Shown here: one piece after another, positions 10,649 through 20,400 of the stretch
Layout of the letters: each line of letters begins with the position of its first letter
How positions within the stretch are numbered: the first letter of the stretch is position 1
The notes under the pieces: generated by a model
Database searches by the model: none
What the model saw: the letters and a program-made list of their open reading frames with translations, nothing else
Told to the model about the DNA's origin: nothing
Program-made: the position numbers and the translations under genes
NCBI GenBank assembly: GCA_016926395.1
Contig: JAFGOT010000004.1
Span: forward strand, 1 to 32,366
Length of the DNA: 32,366 nucleotides
Direction of reading: 5' to 3'
From: Candidatus Woesearchaeota archaeon
GTDB lineage: Archaea > Nanobdellota > Nanobdellia > Woesearchaeales > SKGA01

Positions 10649-11713
10649 CTAAACATCAAATTGTTCAAGACGAGTGTTAAGCTGTCTGTTAACAAGCAAA
10701 AAAGTCGCTCGTTTGGGAAATTCTTTAATACGCCTAGCACCAATATATGTTCCTGCACTCCTTAAAGAACCAAGCAAATCCAAAATAAACGGATTAATAT
10801 CTCCTTTGTAAGGTATTTTTGTAGTACGACCTTCACTAGCGCGATGAGTCGCAACCTTGCCATAAAATTTTTCCAAAGCAGTTGTTGAACTAGAACCAAA
10901 ATGCATCTTATACTTTTTTCCATTCTCCTCAATTAACTCTCCTTCAGATTGCTCAAATCCAGCAAAAAAAGAACCGTTAAGAGAAAAATCAGCACCTGCA
11001 CAAAAAGCTTTAGCAATATCTCCAGGGTTGGCAACACCGCCATCTGCAATAATTAAACCACAACCATTGCCGTGAGAAATACCATGAGCAGCGTCAGCAC
11101 ATTCAATAACAGCACTAAGTTGCGGATAACCAACGCCTGCTTTACGTCTGGTTAAACAAGCAGCACCACTACCAATACCAACCTTTACAATATCAGCACC
11201 ATTAATTAATAATTCTTCAACCATTTCATTAGTTACAACATTACCAGCAATAATGATATGATCAGGACAAAGAGAACGAACACGTCTAACAGAATCAACA
11301 AAACGTTCTAAATAACCATTTGGTACATCAAGACAAATAAAATCAAAATATTTATCCAAACCAAGCTTAAGAACTTCATCAAGTTTAGAAAAATCTTCAT
11401 CTCGAATACCCATCGTGTATGAAATATATTGAGGGTTGTTAAACAAAGGAAGTTCTTTTGATAACTTATCAACAGAATAATATTTGTGGAGAGTAGTTAT
11501 CATCTTGTATTTAACAAACTCATTAGCAATACTGAATGTTCCAGTGTCTGCCATATTAGCAGCCATAATAGGAATACCAGACCAAGTTTTCTTGCTGTGC
11601 AAGAAAGTAAATGATCTTTCAAGAATTACATCTTTTCTACTTTCTAAAGTGCTTCGTTTTGGACGAATTAACACATCAGAATAATCAAGTTTAACTTCGG
11701 TTTCTATTCGCAT
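10649..11713 (-). CDS. guaC: GMP reductase (E. coli-type)
   Basis: KLDYSDVLIRPKRSTLESR, PIMAANM, DVPNGY, KVGIGSGAACLTR, GYPQLSAVIECADAAH, SEGRT, SLRSAGTYIGA. Confidence 0.93.
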   Translation of the reverse strand: MRIETEVKLDYSDVLIRPKRSTLESRKDVILERSFTFLHSKKTWSGIPIMAANMADTGTFSIANEFVKYKMITTLHKYYSVDKLSKELPLFNNPQYISYTMGIRDEDFSKLDEVLKLGLDKYFDFICLDVPNGYLERFVDSVRRVRSLCPDHIIIAGNVVTNEMVEELLINGADIVKVGIGSGAACLTRRKAGVGYPQLSAVIECADAAHGISHGNGCGLIIADGGVANPGDIAKAFCAGADFSLNGSFFAGFEQSEGELIEENGKKYKMHFGSSSTTALEKFYGKVATHRASEGRTTKIPYKGDINPFILDLLGSLRSAGTYIGARRIKEFPKRATFLLVNRQLNTRLEQFDV

Positions 11714-11789
11714 ACCGTTAGTTAAATCCGGGAGACAGAGTATAAAAACATTACGATTATATATAAATAAAGAATTTTAAAATAATAAA

Positions 11790-11996
11790 ATGGAAGAAAA
11801 ATACATTGAACTAAACACGTTTTTGAAGATAAAAGGACTTGCAAATAGTGGCGGAGAAGCAAAGAATAGAATAAGAAATGAAGAAGTAAAAGTAAACGGC
11901 GAAATTGAAACGAGAAACAAAAGAAAACTCCACATCGGAGATAAAATTGAAATTGCAGGGAAAAGATTCTTTTTGAAAGAAGAAGAGATAAAGTAA
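11790..11996 (+). CDS. S4-domain RNA-binding protein (YaaA/YbcJ-like)
   Basis: IELNTFLKIKGLANSGGEAK...VKVNGEIETRNKRKLHIGDKIEI. Confidence 0.9.
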   Translation: MEEKYIELNTFLKIKGLANSGGEAKNRIRNEEVKVNGEIETRNKRKLHIGDKIEIAGKRFFLKEEEIK

Positions 11997-12004
11997 CGGT
12001 AATC

Positions 12005-12025
12005 TTTTTAAATGAAATAATGTTC
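12005..12025 (+). promoter_or_regulatory. putative tRNA-Thr(UGU) promoter
   Basis: TTTTTAAATGAAATAATGTTC; 19/21 identical to 23413-23433 upstream of tRNA-Thr(AGU). Confidence 0.55.
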
Positions 12026-12084
12026 CAAGAGTTAAGCAGATACAGAGATTACACAATACAGAGACCGAATCTGCACATTATCTT

Positions 12085-12201
12085 GCCTCCGTGGCTTAGT
12101 GGCTATAGCGCCTGACTTGTATACAAAACGAATGTTTTGAACCTTTCAAACTTCGTTATCAAGGAATCAGGAGGTCGCGAGTTCAACTCTCGCCGGGGGC
12201 T
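12085..12201 (+). tRNA. tRNA-Thr(UGU) with 44-nt intron at 37/38 (12122-12165)
   Basis: Acceptor GCCTCCG/CGGGGGC; anticodon arm CCTGA-CTTGTA^A-TCAGG; T arm GCGAG-TTCAACT-CTCGC; U73. Bulge-helix-bulge formed by CTTG/CAAG with TAT and GAA bulges. Confidence 0.95.
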
Positions 12202-12233
12202 TATCTTATTTCTTAACTTTTTTAAAGAGGGAA

Positions 12234-12917
12234 GTGTCCAGAGAAGATATGCTTATCAAATTAATAAGTTTTGACCTTGATGGAACATTAATAACATCTG
12301 ATTTTGACAGATTAATATGGGATGTTCTTATTCCTCAAAAATATGCTGAACAAAAAGGACTTCTTCTCTCTGAAGCACAACAAATCATAGCAGAAGATTA
12401 TATGAAAGATTTAGTTGAACTTAACATCTCTGCAAAAGAATGGTTTGATGTTAACTGGTGGATTAAAAGATTTGAACTAAATATTACGTGGGAAGAACTT
12501 TGGCAAAAGGCTCAGAACACAATTCATGTTTTTGATGATGTGGAAGAAACAATAAAAGAACTAAAAGAATTAGGATATAAAATTATCATTACAACAGGTG
12601 CAAGTCAGGATTTTATAGATATAAAATTAAAAAACACCAATTTCAAAGAAATGTTTGATGAGATAATTTCTGTTTCTAATAAATATAATTCTCATGACAA
12701 GGGATCGGAAGTGTATGAAAAAATATGTGAAGAGCACGATATTAAACCTTACGAACTTCTTCATGTGGGTGATAGTTACATTCAAGATGTACAAGCGCCA
12801 AGAGCAATTGGAGCTCAATCATTATTTCTAAACAGAGATGAAAAAATTAAATCAATAAACACAATAACATCATTAAAACAAGTTGTTGATTTTATTAAAA
12901 ATCAAAAAATAAACTAA
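12234..12917 (+). CDS. HAD-superfamily hydrolase
   Basis: Motif I FDLDGTL, motif II IITTG, Lys in DKGS, motif IV HVGDSYIQDV. Confidence 0.92.
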   Translation: MSREDMLIKLISFDLDGTLITSDFDRLIWDVLIPQKYAEQKGLLLSEAQQIIAEDYMKDLVELNISAKEWFDVNWWIKRFELNITWEELWQKAQNTIHVFDDVEETIKELKELGYKIIITTGASQDFIDIKLKNTNFKEMFDEIISVSNKYNSHDKGSEVYEKICEEHDIKPYELLHVGDSYIQDVQAPRAIGAQSLFLNRDEKIKSINTITSLKQVVDFIKNQKIN

Positions 12918-13393
12918 TCAGAAGGAAAGTTGTTATAAACTTTTATTCCCGCATCAGAGATATAATTTTCTAGCTTTGTTGTGAAGAGATGATGTTTATC
13001 TCTAGTTAAAACATTAGTTTTAGTTTTTATTGCAGCCACCAATAATACTGCATCAGAAGGATCAGGAATTATTCCAAATAAATTATTATCAAAGTCTTGA
13101 ATAAATTTTTTCTCACCCTCTCTATCACCTGGGACTACAGACATTTCATAACGAAATATTCTACCATCACCTTTCAAGAACTTTCTAAAGTGTTCTCTAA
13201 ATGTGTGATTAACATCATGAGAATGAAATAGTACTTCGCCAATATTAAAAGAAGTTAATGCAACTATGTTTTCATCACAAAATATTCTAAACTCTTTATC
13301 TTTTTGATGTTCAAAAACATAATACAAGAAACAAGTATCAATAAAGTAATCAGCATGAGTTATCCGTGGAAGTGAGTCAAATAATTCTTTCAC
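12914..13393 (-). CDS. PIN-domain (VapC-like) protein
   Basis: YFIDTCFL, NIGEVL, DPSDAVLLVAA, VLTRDKHHL; acidic catalytic residues retained. Confidence 0.8.
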   Translation of the reverse strand: MKELFDSLPRITHADYFIDTCFLYYVFEHQKDKEFRIFCDENIVALTSFNIGEVLFHSHDVNHTFREHFRKFLKGDGRIFRYEMSVVPGDREGEKKFIQDFDNNLFGIIPDPSDAVLLVAAIKTKTNVLTRDKHHLFTTKLENYISDAGIKVYNNFPSD

Positions 13394-13816
13394 TTAAATC
13401 ACCAAAAAAATAATCAAAGAAACAACCAGACCTAAAACTAAACCTGCAAATACTTCAATTTTTTTATGTCCATTCTTTAAAACCAACTCTTTTTGTAATT
13501 TCTTATCACTAACAATTTTTTTTAGAACTTGGGCATTCTTACCAGTAGCATACCTAACGCCTATAGCATCCACCATGATGACAACTAAGAATAATAAAGC
13601 TAAAATACTAAAAGAAGATAAACCGTGGAAAAATAATTCTGAGAAAAAGAAAGCACTAGCACTTGCCGTGTGAGAGCTTGGCATTCCTCCACTTTTTGAG
13701 AAAAAATCTTTTTTTGTAAATGATAAATACCCTAAAGAACCCTTTATTATTTGCGCCATAGACCAAGCTACAACTACAGAAATTAATTGAAAAATAGCAA
13801 CCAGATCAACATTCAT
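13394..13816 (-). CDS. DUF212 / divergent PAP2-like membrane phosphatase
   Basis: SGGMPSSHTA, VMVDAIGVR-like motif (VIMVDAIGVR), GHKKIEVFAG; several TM helices. Confidence 0.88.
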   Translation of the reverse strand: MNVDLVAIFQLISVVVAWSMAQIIKGSLGYLSFTKKDFFSKSGGMPSSHTASASAFFFSELFFHGLSSFSILALLFLVVIMVDAIGVRYATGKNAQVLKKIVSDKKLQKELVLKNGHKKIEVFAGLVLGLVVSLIIFLVI

Positions 13817-14776
13817 TTAAACAACCCTTCTAAAAGTTAAATTAATTAAAATCCATTCAACCATCAATAAAATAAAACCAACTATTAAGGCATAATTTCC
13901 AAGGTCGAATGAAAGCTTTGCTTCATGAGATCTAGAGTTAACCTCTTCAAAATAAGAAACCAGTTCATCAGTTGTTTTTGGATAAACCTCATCACCACCA
14001 GTAGTGTTTGCCATTAAGGCAATCGCACCTTTATCTATACCAACGGTTAAGTTAAAATCTTCAGGAAGATAACCAACTAAAGTATCTTCATCACCTAAAC
14101 CAATACCGTGAATAGTAACATGCTTTGAAGCAGCATAATTTGAAGCTGCTAAAATATTATTTTCCATATACGCACCAACAGTGTCTGAACCATCAGTTAA
14201 CAAAATGATAGCTTTGCCACGAGAATCATCAGAAAACATGTTTGTTGCAGTAACTATAGCTCCAGAAATATCTGTTCCTGAAACTCGAGATAAATTTAGA
14301 GAATTAATCTTCATCTTCAAAGGAATAAATTCAGATGTTAAAGGATTAACAACATAAGTCACACCTGAAAATGAAATAACACCCACTTTAGATGAAGAAT
14401 CTAAAGTATTGACAAAAATATTCGCTGCTTCCTTTGCAGCATCTAAACGAGTAGGAACCATATCTCTTGCTGACATAGAAGAGGAAGTATCAATAGCAAT
14501 AACATAATCAAAATCATTACGAAGACCATCATACCAAATACTTGTTCCAGCAAGACCAATTATAAAAGCAAGAATTGTAAGAGTTCTAAGAATAAGAACA
14601 GTCACGTTCTTAGTTACCATCCGTTCGCCAGAAATTCTTTTCAAAGTCATAAAATTTGCAAACTTCAAAGCCTTAACCTGAGTTCTTTTTAAGAAAAAGA
14701 AATGAGCGCCAATAAGCATCGGAATTAGAACTAATAACCATAAAAAGACAGGTTTTGCAAAATCTATAGTCCACAT
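13817..14776 (-). CDS. BatA-like membrane-anchored vWA protein
   Basis: N-terminal FAKPVFLWLLVLIP anchor; MIDAS residues IDTSSSM, GTDISGAI, LLTDGSD; C-terminal TM helix. Confidence 0.9.
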   Translation of the reverse strand: MWTIDFAKPVFLWLLVLIPMLIGAHFFFLKRTQVKALKFANFMTLKRISGERMVTKNVTVLILRTLTILAFIIGLAGTSIWYDGLRNDFDYVIAIDTSSSMSARDMVPTRLDAAKEAANIFVNTLDSSSKVGVISFSGVTYVVNPLTSEFIPLKMKINSLNLSRVSGTDISGAIVTATNMFSDDSRGKAIILLTDGSDTVGAYMENNILAASNYAASKHVTIHGIGLGDEDTLVGYLPEDFNLTVGIDKGAIALMANTTGGDEVYPKTTDELVSYFEEVNSRSHEAKLSFDLGNYALIVGFILLMVEWILINLTFRRVV

Positions 14777-14777
14777 T

Positions 14778-15677
14778 TTAATTTACCAACCTACTTTGTT
14801 TATTAAAAAACTTTTTCAAATTATCAGTTGGATCTTCTCCGTTCTTTAAAACCAAACAATCTCCTTGAACTTTCTTAAAAGTACTTCTTATTCTTTCAAC
14901 ATGCTCGGAAGATAAACGTTCATATTCAGCAGCAAATTTCTTATTATCAACATAAATAGTTTCTCCAGTTAAAGGATCTTTTAAAAAAAACTGACCATCT
15001 CCACTAGGAAGCTTTAGATCACGCTCATCTAAAACAACCATTCCAAAGACTTGATGACGTGCAGCTAGTAAAGAAATATATCTTTGCCATTCCTCAAAAG
15101 GACCTAAAAAATCAGAGAATAACATAATAATTCCTGGTTCAGCCATCATTGAATGAATTTGTAAAAGGGACTTCTTAAAATCTCTAACGCCACCATAATT
15201 CTTCGTATTAAGAAGTTCACGTTCAAACATCAAACGCATACCAGCACCAAATGAAGGTTCTAAAGAAGAAACAATATTAGAATTAAACATCGCAAGACCA
15301 ATTGCATCACCAGACTGCATCGCCGCTTGAGAAATAATAAATAAGATCTCTGCAGCAAATTCTGCTTTAAACTTTTCATTAGAAGAAGAAAACAACATAC
15401 CATCAGAAGTATCTAAAACAAACAACACTTTGAAATTTTTGAACTCTTCAAATTCTCGAAGTAAAGTTTCTTTAGACCTAAGAGATGCCTTCCAATCAAT
15501 AAGAGAAGCATCATCGGAAAAAGTGTACTGCCTATAACCAGTAAATTCTAAACCTCTACCTTTGAAAGTTGTAGCCCAGTTACCTTCTACAGTTCTTGAA
15601 AGAACATCAGGTCTACCAACAACTTGGAAAGAGGAAGCTTTTTTTGCTAAATCCACACGTAATTTATCTACAGGCAT
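14778..15677 (-). CDS. DUF58-family (vWA-like) protein
   Basis: KGRGLEFTGYRQY, IDWKASLR, REFEE, VLDTSDGM; likely start MPVDK at 15677. Confidence 0.9.
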   Translation of the reverse strand: MPVDKLRVDLAKKASSFQVVGRPDVLSRTVEGNWATTFKGRGLEFTGYRQYTFSDDASLIDWKASLRSKETLLREFEEFKNFKVLFVLDTSDGMLFSSSNEKFKAEFAAEILFIISQAAMQSGDAIGLAMFNSNIVSSLEPSFGAGMRLMFERELLNTKNYGGVRDFKKSLLQIHSMMAEPGIIMLFSDFLGPFEEWQRYISLLAARHQVFGMVVLDERDLKLPSGDGQFFLKDPLTGETIYVDNKKFAAEYERLSSEHVERIRSTFKKVQGDCLVLKNGEDPTDNLKKFFNKQSRLVN

Positions 15678-15695
15678 AGGAAAAACCAACAACTA

Positions 15696-16703
15696 TCAAA
15701 CAATTGGAACATGTTTAATAATTTCTTTAACAATATCTTCTGGAGAAATACCTTCTGCTTGCCCTTCGAAATTCAATAAAACCCTATGACGAAGAATATG
15801 TGGACAAACTTCTTTAATATCTTTATGAGTAACAAATGTTCGACCACGCATCAAAGCATGTGCCTTTGAAGCAATAAACAAACTAATACTTCCCCTAGGA
15901 GATGCACCAAAATTAACATATTTTGAAGACATTTCTAAATCATATTTTTTTGGATCTCTTGTCGCATCAACAAGTCTAACAATATATTTTTTGATTTTTT
16001 CATCCATATGAATATGTTTGACTAAATGTTGAACTTTTACAATTTCTTCTTGGGAAAGAATTGGTTTTATTTCAAAAGATTCAAACTTTTGTAAAGTCAT
16101 GTTTCGATCAAGAATAATTTCTTCTTCATCAATAGAAGGATATACCATTAATAATTTGAAAATAAATCGGTCAAGCTGCGCTTCTGGAAGTCTATATGTA
16201 CCTAAGTTTTCAACGGGGTTTTGTGTTGCCATTACAAAGAAAGGCGATGGAAGGTTAAACGTTTCTTTACCAATAGTTACCTGACGCTCCTGCATAGCTT
16301 CTAAAAGTGCAGACTGAACTTTTGGAGGAGAACGGTTTATCTCATCAGCAAGAACAAAGTTTGCAAAAATAGGCCCTTTCATAGTGAAAAAACCTTTACC
16401 TTCTTCATAAGTTGTAACCCCAACAATATCAGTAGGTAAAAGATCCGGTGTGAACTGTATACGAGAATAAGAACAACCAATTATACTTGATAATGTTCTA
16501 ACTAAAAGAGTTTTACCAATACCAGGAACACCCTCTAAAAGAACATTACCATTAGCAATCAGTGCTTCTAAAAGTAAAGAAACCATTTCGTCTTGACCAA
16601 CAACAACGCTGGCAATTTCTTTTCGTGCTTCTTGAAGTCTAGCGTGATATATCTCAACTTGCTTTTTCAACTCTGCAGCACTAAAGCTCCCCTCTTCAGA
16701 CAT
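15696..16703 (-). CDS. moxR: MoxR-proper AAA+ ATPase
   Basis: Walker A GVPGIGKT, RIQFTPDLLPTDIVG, Walker B LADEINR, ATQNP, LPEAQLDRF, GASPR. ATG 16703 is preferred because the longer TTG start lies too close to the TATA at 16792-16799. Confidence 0.95.
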   Translation of the reverse strand: MSEEGSFSAAELKKQVEIYHARLQEARKEIASVVVGQDEMVSLLLEALIANGNVLLEGVPGIGKTLLVRTLSSIIGCSYSRIQFTPDLLPTDIVGVTTYEEGKGFFTMKGPIFANFVLADEINRSPPKVQSALLEAMQERQVTIGKETFNLPSPFFVMATQNPVENLGTYRLPEAQLDRFIFKLLMVYPSIDEEEIILDRNMTLQKFESFEIKPILSQEEIVKVQHLVKHIHMDEKIKKYIVRLVDATRDPKKYDLEMSSKYVNFGASPRGSISLFIASKAHALMRGRTFVTHKDIKEVCPHILRHRVLLNFEGQAEGISPEDIVKEIIKHVPIV

Positions 16704-16824
16704 GATAAAAACATAATAAACACCATATAAATAAGTTACGACACAACTCAACAATAACAACACAATCAATTTATTTTCCAAGTAAGTAAAGTTTATAAAT
16801 AAAATTGGCGTTAAACAAGGTTAT

Positions 16825-17487
16825 ATGTCGAGTAAAAAAGAAGAAGACGTGCAAAAAGTAAACTTAGGATTACTTAGAGACGAAACAGAAGAAGAAATAA
16901 AATACATTCAAAAAAAATTACAAATAGAAGATAAAGAAGTTTATCTTCTAAGTAAACAATTCTTCAAAAAACTATTAGAACTAGATTATGAAACAACATA
17001 TGAAGAATTACTTGAAGAAATAGATAAAATATATCTTGACAAAGAACTTAGAAAAGAAATCCAAGCATTCATAATAAACATAGGACAAATAGAATACAGT
17101 AGAAAAGAGTTCACCCAAGAAGAACTAAGAATACTTCTCGATGAACTAAGAAGAATATCAAAAAAATTAATTCATATTCATCAACAAAAAGGCTTTTTTG
17201 CAAGACTTCTAATTAAACTTGGAGCAAAAGAAGAAAGCGAGGAAACAACAGTTGGAAGTCTAAAAGAAATCGTTGAAAAAGAAGAAGACAAATTAGAAGA
17301 ACAAGTTAAAATATCAAATCTAAGAGATTCGTTAATAGCTTCAGAAAAAGCAATGGATGAAGAACACAACGAAGAAAAAGCAAAAAAATTATACCAAAAA
17401 GCAATGCAACTATACTCCGAGTTGTCAAAAGAACAACAGAATTTTATTTATCCTGAACTTATGAAAACATACAATCACTTAAGCTAA
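16825..17487 (+). CDS. soluble all-helical protein (DUF4129/DUF4381-like domain plus TPR-like helix pair)
   Basis: LSKQFFKKLLELDYETTYEELLEEI...IEYSRKEFTQEELRILLDELRR resembles the helical domain of Bat-operon accessory proteins; C-terminal AKKLYQKAMQLYSEL. Confidence 0.6.
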   Translation: MSSKKEEDVQKVNLGLLRDETEEEIKYIQKKLQIEDKEVYLLSKQFFKKLLELDYETTYEELLEEIDKIYLDKELRKEIQAFIINIGQIEYSRKEFTQEELRILLDELRRISKKLIHIHQQKGFFARLLIKLGAKEESEETTVGSLKEIVEKEEDKLEEQVKISNLRDSLIASEKAMDEEHNEEKAKKLYQKAMQLYSELSKEQQNFIYPELMKTYNHLS

Positions 17488-17490
17488 TTC

Positions 17491-20400
17491 TTATATTTTC
17501 TTTAATTTAAAACTAGAAAGAACGCCAACAATTAAAGCTCCAACAAACAATATCATAATTGCTACAAATAAAACAGGAAAATTAAATGAAGAGTTAGAAG
17601 AAAAACCAAGTTTTCCTAAAAAAGATTGAGGAGTGGTTGATTCGTGAGTTTTAGCCTCATTGACTAGATACTTACAACTATTAATAACAGCATTCAATAT
17701 ATCAAGACCTTCTTGATTATTACCGCCAATTTTTTTCTCGGCTTCATTTAATAATTCATTTAGTTCTTCACATTCAGGATTATCACTAAGCAAATCCCTT
17801 GCAAAACCAATTCTTGAACGAAGAGATTCAGAATCTTCATGTCCCCGTTCTAAAGCATTAACAAACACCACTGAAGTATCGGTAAAATCTTCAGACCCAA
17901 TATAAGCACTAATATTAACTTCAAAAGGAGCATCAGCACGATAATTAGTCATCGTTAAATTAATATCCAAAGCCATTCCTTTTGGAATTATTGTAAAGAA
18001 ATCTTGAGAAAAGATAAAATTCTGAAATGGATAGGATGAGTTTGCAGATAATTGAATATTTTTAAGATCTGCATCCCAATCATTTCTTAACCGAATAGGA
18101 ATTATAACAGTTCCATTTTCATAAACAACAGTAACACCAGGAATTATTAGATTAAACTCTTCAGGAACATTTACCTCTTCTGTAAAAGGAACAGTTATGG
18201 TTTTTGTTTGAGTGATAGTGTTTGACTCACCACTGGTTTGTTGGTTATAATCGCTTTGAGTGTCTAAAATATCAATTCTTATTTCATTTGAAACAGCCAC
18301 AGCACCATAAGGATCGGTTGCAGTAAAATTAACATAACAAGTTCCTATCTGAGTAGGCACAATAACAAGATTTTCATTAGTAAATTCAAAATTAGCCAAG
18401 GCAAGACAGTCACTTCCGTTGTTAGGTGCAAACGTTAAATAACTATCTTCAAACAAGTCTAACTTACCGTTTGAATTATAATCTTCATCAGGATCGAAAA
18501 AAGTCATCTTAGTAAAATCAAATAAACCAAAAAAATCATAATACTGAGTAGGTCCTGAAATCGAACGATTATTTGAAATAGCAAGATTAGATAAACCATA
18601 AACAAAAGTAGGAGGACGATTAGTGTTAGAAACATGAACATCCCAAGTATGCACGTCTTTGTTAAAATTCAAATCAATTACTTCAACAGTAACATTTACT
18701 ATACCATCATCAAAATAATCAAAGAATATATCAGAAGTTTCTAATGGACCATACGTATAAGTATCAACCAAAACACCATCTTTATACCAATAAACAGACA
18801 TAATATCACCAGGCGTGTCATCATGAGCAGTTACTTTGAATGTAACAGTGTTACCTTCAGCAACATTAATGTCTTCAGATAGAGGAGGATTAGTTAAAGT
18901 GTTTTGTAGAACACCACCTAAGGACCAAGGTCTTACTTGATCAATAACAGGAGGTAAACCAGGCGAAACAACAGTGAAGTTTATTGAAAAATTCGACTCG
19001 CCACCCCACAAATCAGTCACAGTAAAATTAATCTGGTGATTACCAAGATGAGAAGAATTAGGTAAAAAAGTCAATCTAAAAACATCCTCGCTTAAATTAA
19101 CAAGTTGAAAGTCAGAGATTGAAAAATTACTTGAAGAAATATTAAAACTCAAATTTAGTGAATCAATAGAATACTGCAAATCTTCATCATAAATATAAAT
19201 ATCTTTTTCGAATGGAACGCCATCAACAACATTAGGAAATGTTAAGTTTTCGATTGTGGAATGATCAGCGTCATCATCAAATAAAGGAACATCATTTAAA
19301 TTAAAGACATGAAAAGAAATATCATCTTCTAAAACAGATCCAAATGAATCAACAAAGGTTAGATGAAAAACATAATAACCAGTATCGTTGTTTGTTGGAG
19401 TAAAATTTATTGAATAATTTGTTCTTGAAGAGTCAAAAGAGTTAAAATTTATGAACTTAGAAAGAATATCTTCTGTTGACAAATTATAATCAATACGCAA
19501 ATCATGGACTATGGATCCGGACTCATTCAAACGAGGTCTATCAATGTCAACAGAGAAAAAAGAATAATTTTCCAAATTAGAATCTAAATCATAAATGGAA
19601 ATTGTTTTTACACATGGAAAGTCTTCAACGCAAGGAGTGTTATCGAAAGTATCTAGGATAGGTGCAGAATTGTTTATCACAGTAATATTCATCGTTTCAG
19701 TATAAGACAAACCTTCGTCATCAGTAATATTTACAAAAAAAGACAAATTACCAATGTGAGATGTATTTAATGGAGCTAAAGAAGTTATATTTCCAGAAGA
19801 TGAATCTATAGTAAACAAAGATGAATTACCACCATAAATAGAATAATAAAAATTTTCACCTTCATAAGTTAAATCATCAGGATCAGAACCATTAACCCTA
19901 AAATAAAACATCAATGAAGTAGCTGTTGAAATAGAATGCATATCAAACAAATTTCCATTATCAGTAAAATTTGCATACTGGTGAATGTAAGGATAATCAT
20001 TCTCATTTGTAATATTCATAAATACATCTAAGTAAATGTTTTGTTTTGGAGTTCCAAACTCATCAACATCAAAAACAGTTACAGTAATATTTCGACAAGC
20101 AACAAACGAATTGTTGTCAGTTATCACAGGATTTTTTGTAATTATAAAACTAGCATTAGTTGAACCTGAACCATTAGCTACTCTTGTTCCAAGCCAAGGA
20201 TTAGGTAAGTCACAATCAGGACTTATCGTAAAATTAATTGTATCATTAACATCCACATCAGTTGCATTTATTGTGTATTGGATAGCAGATGGACTGTTTT
20301 GAGCTAATGTAGAAGGAGATAATTCTTGATAATTTATTACAGGATCGTGATTTATAGCATCAACATCTAATGTAAAAATGTAAGAAGCATTAGCACCCCT

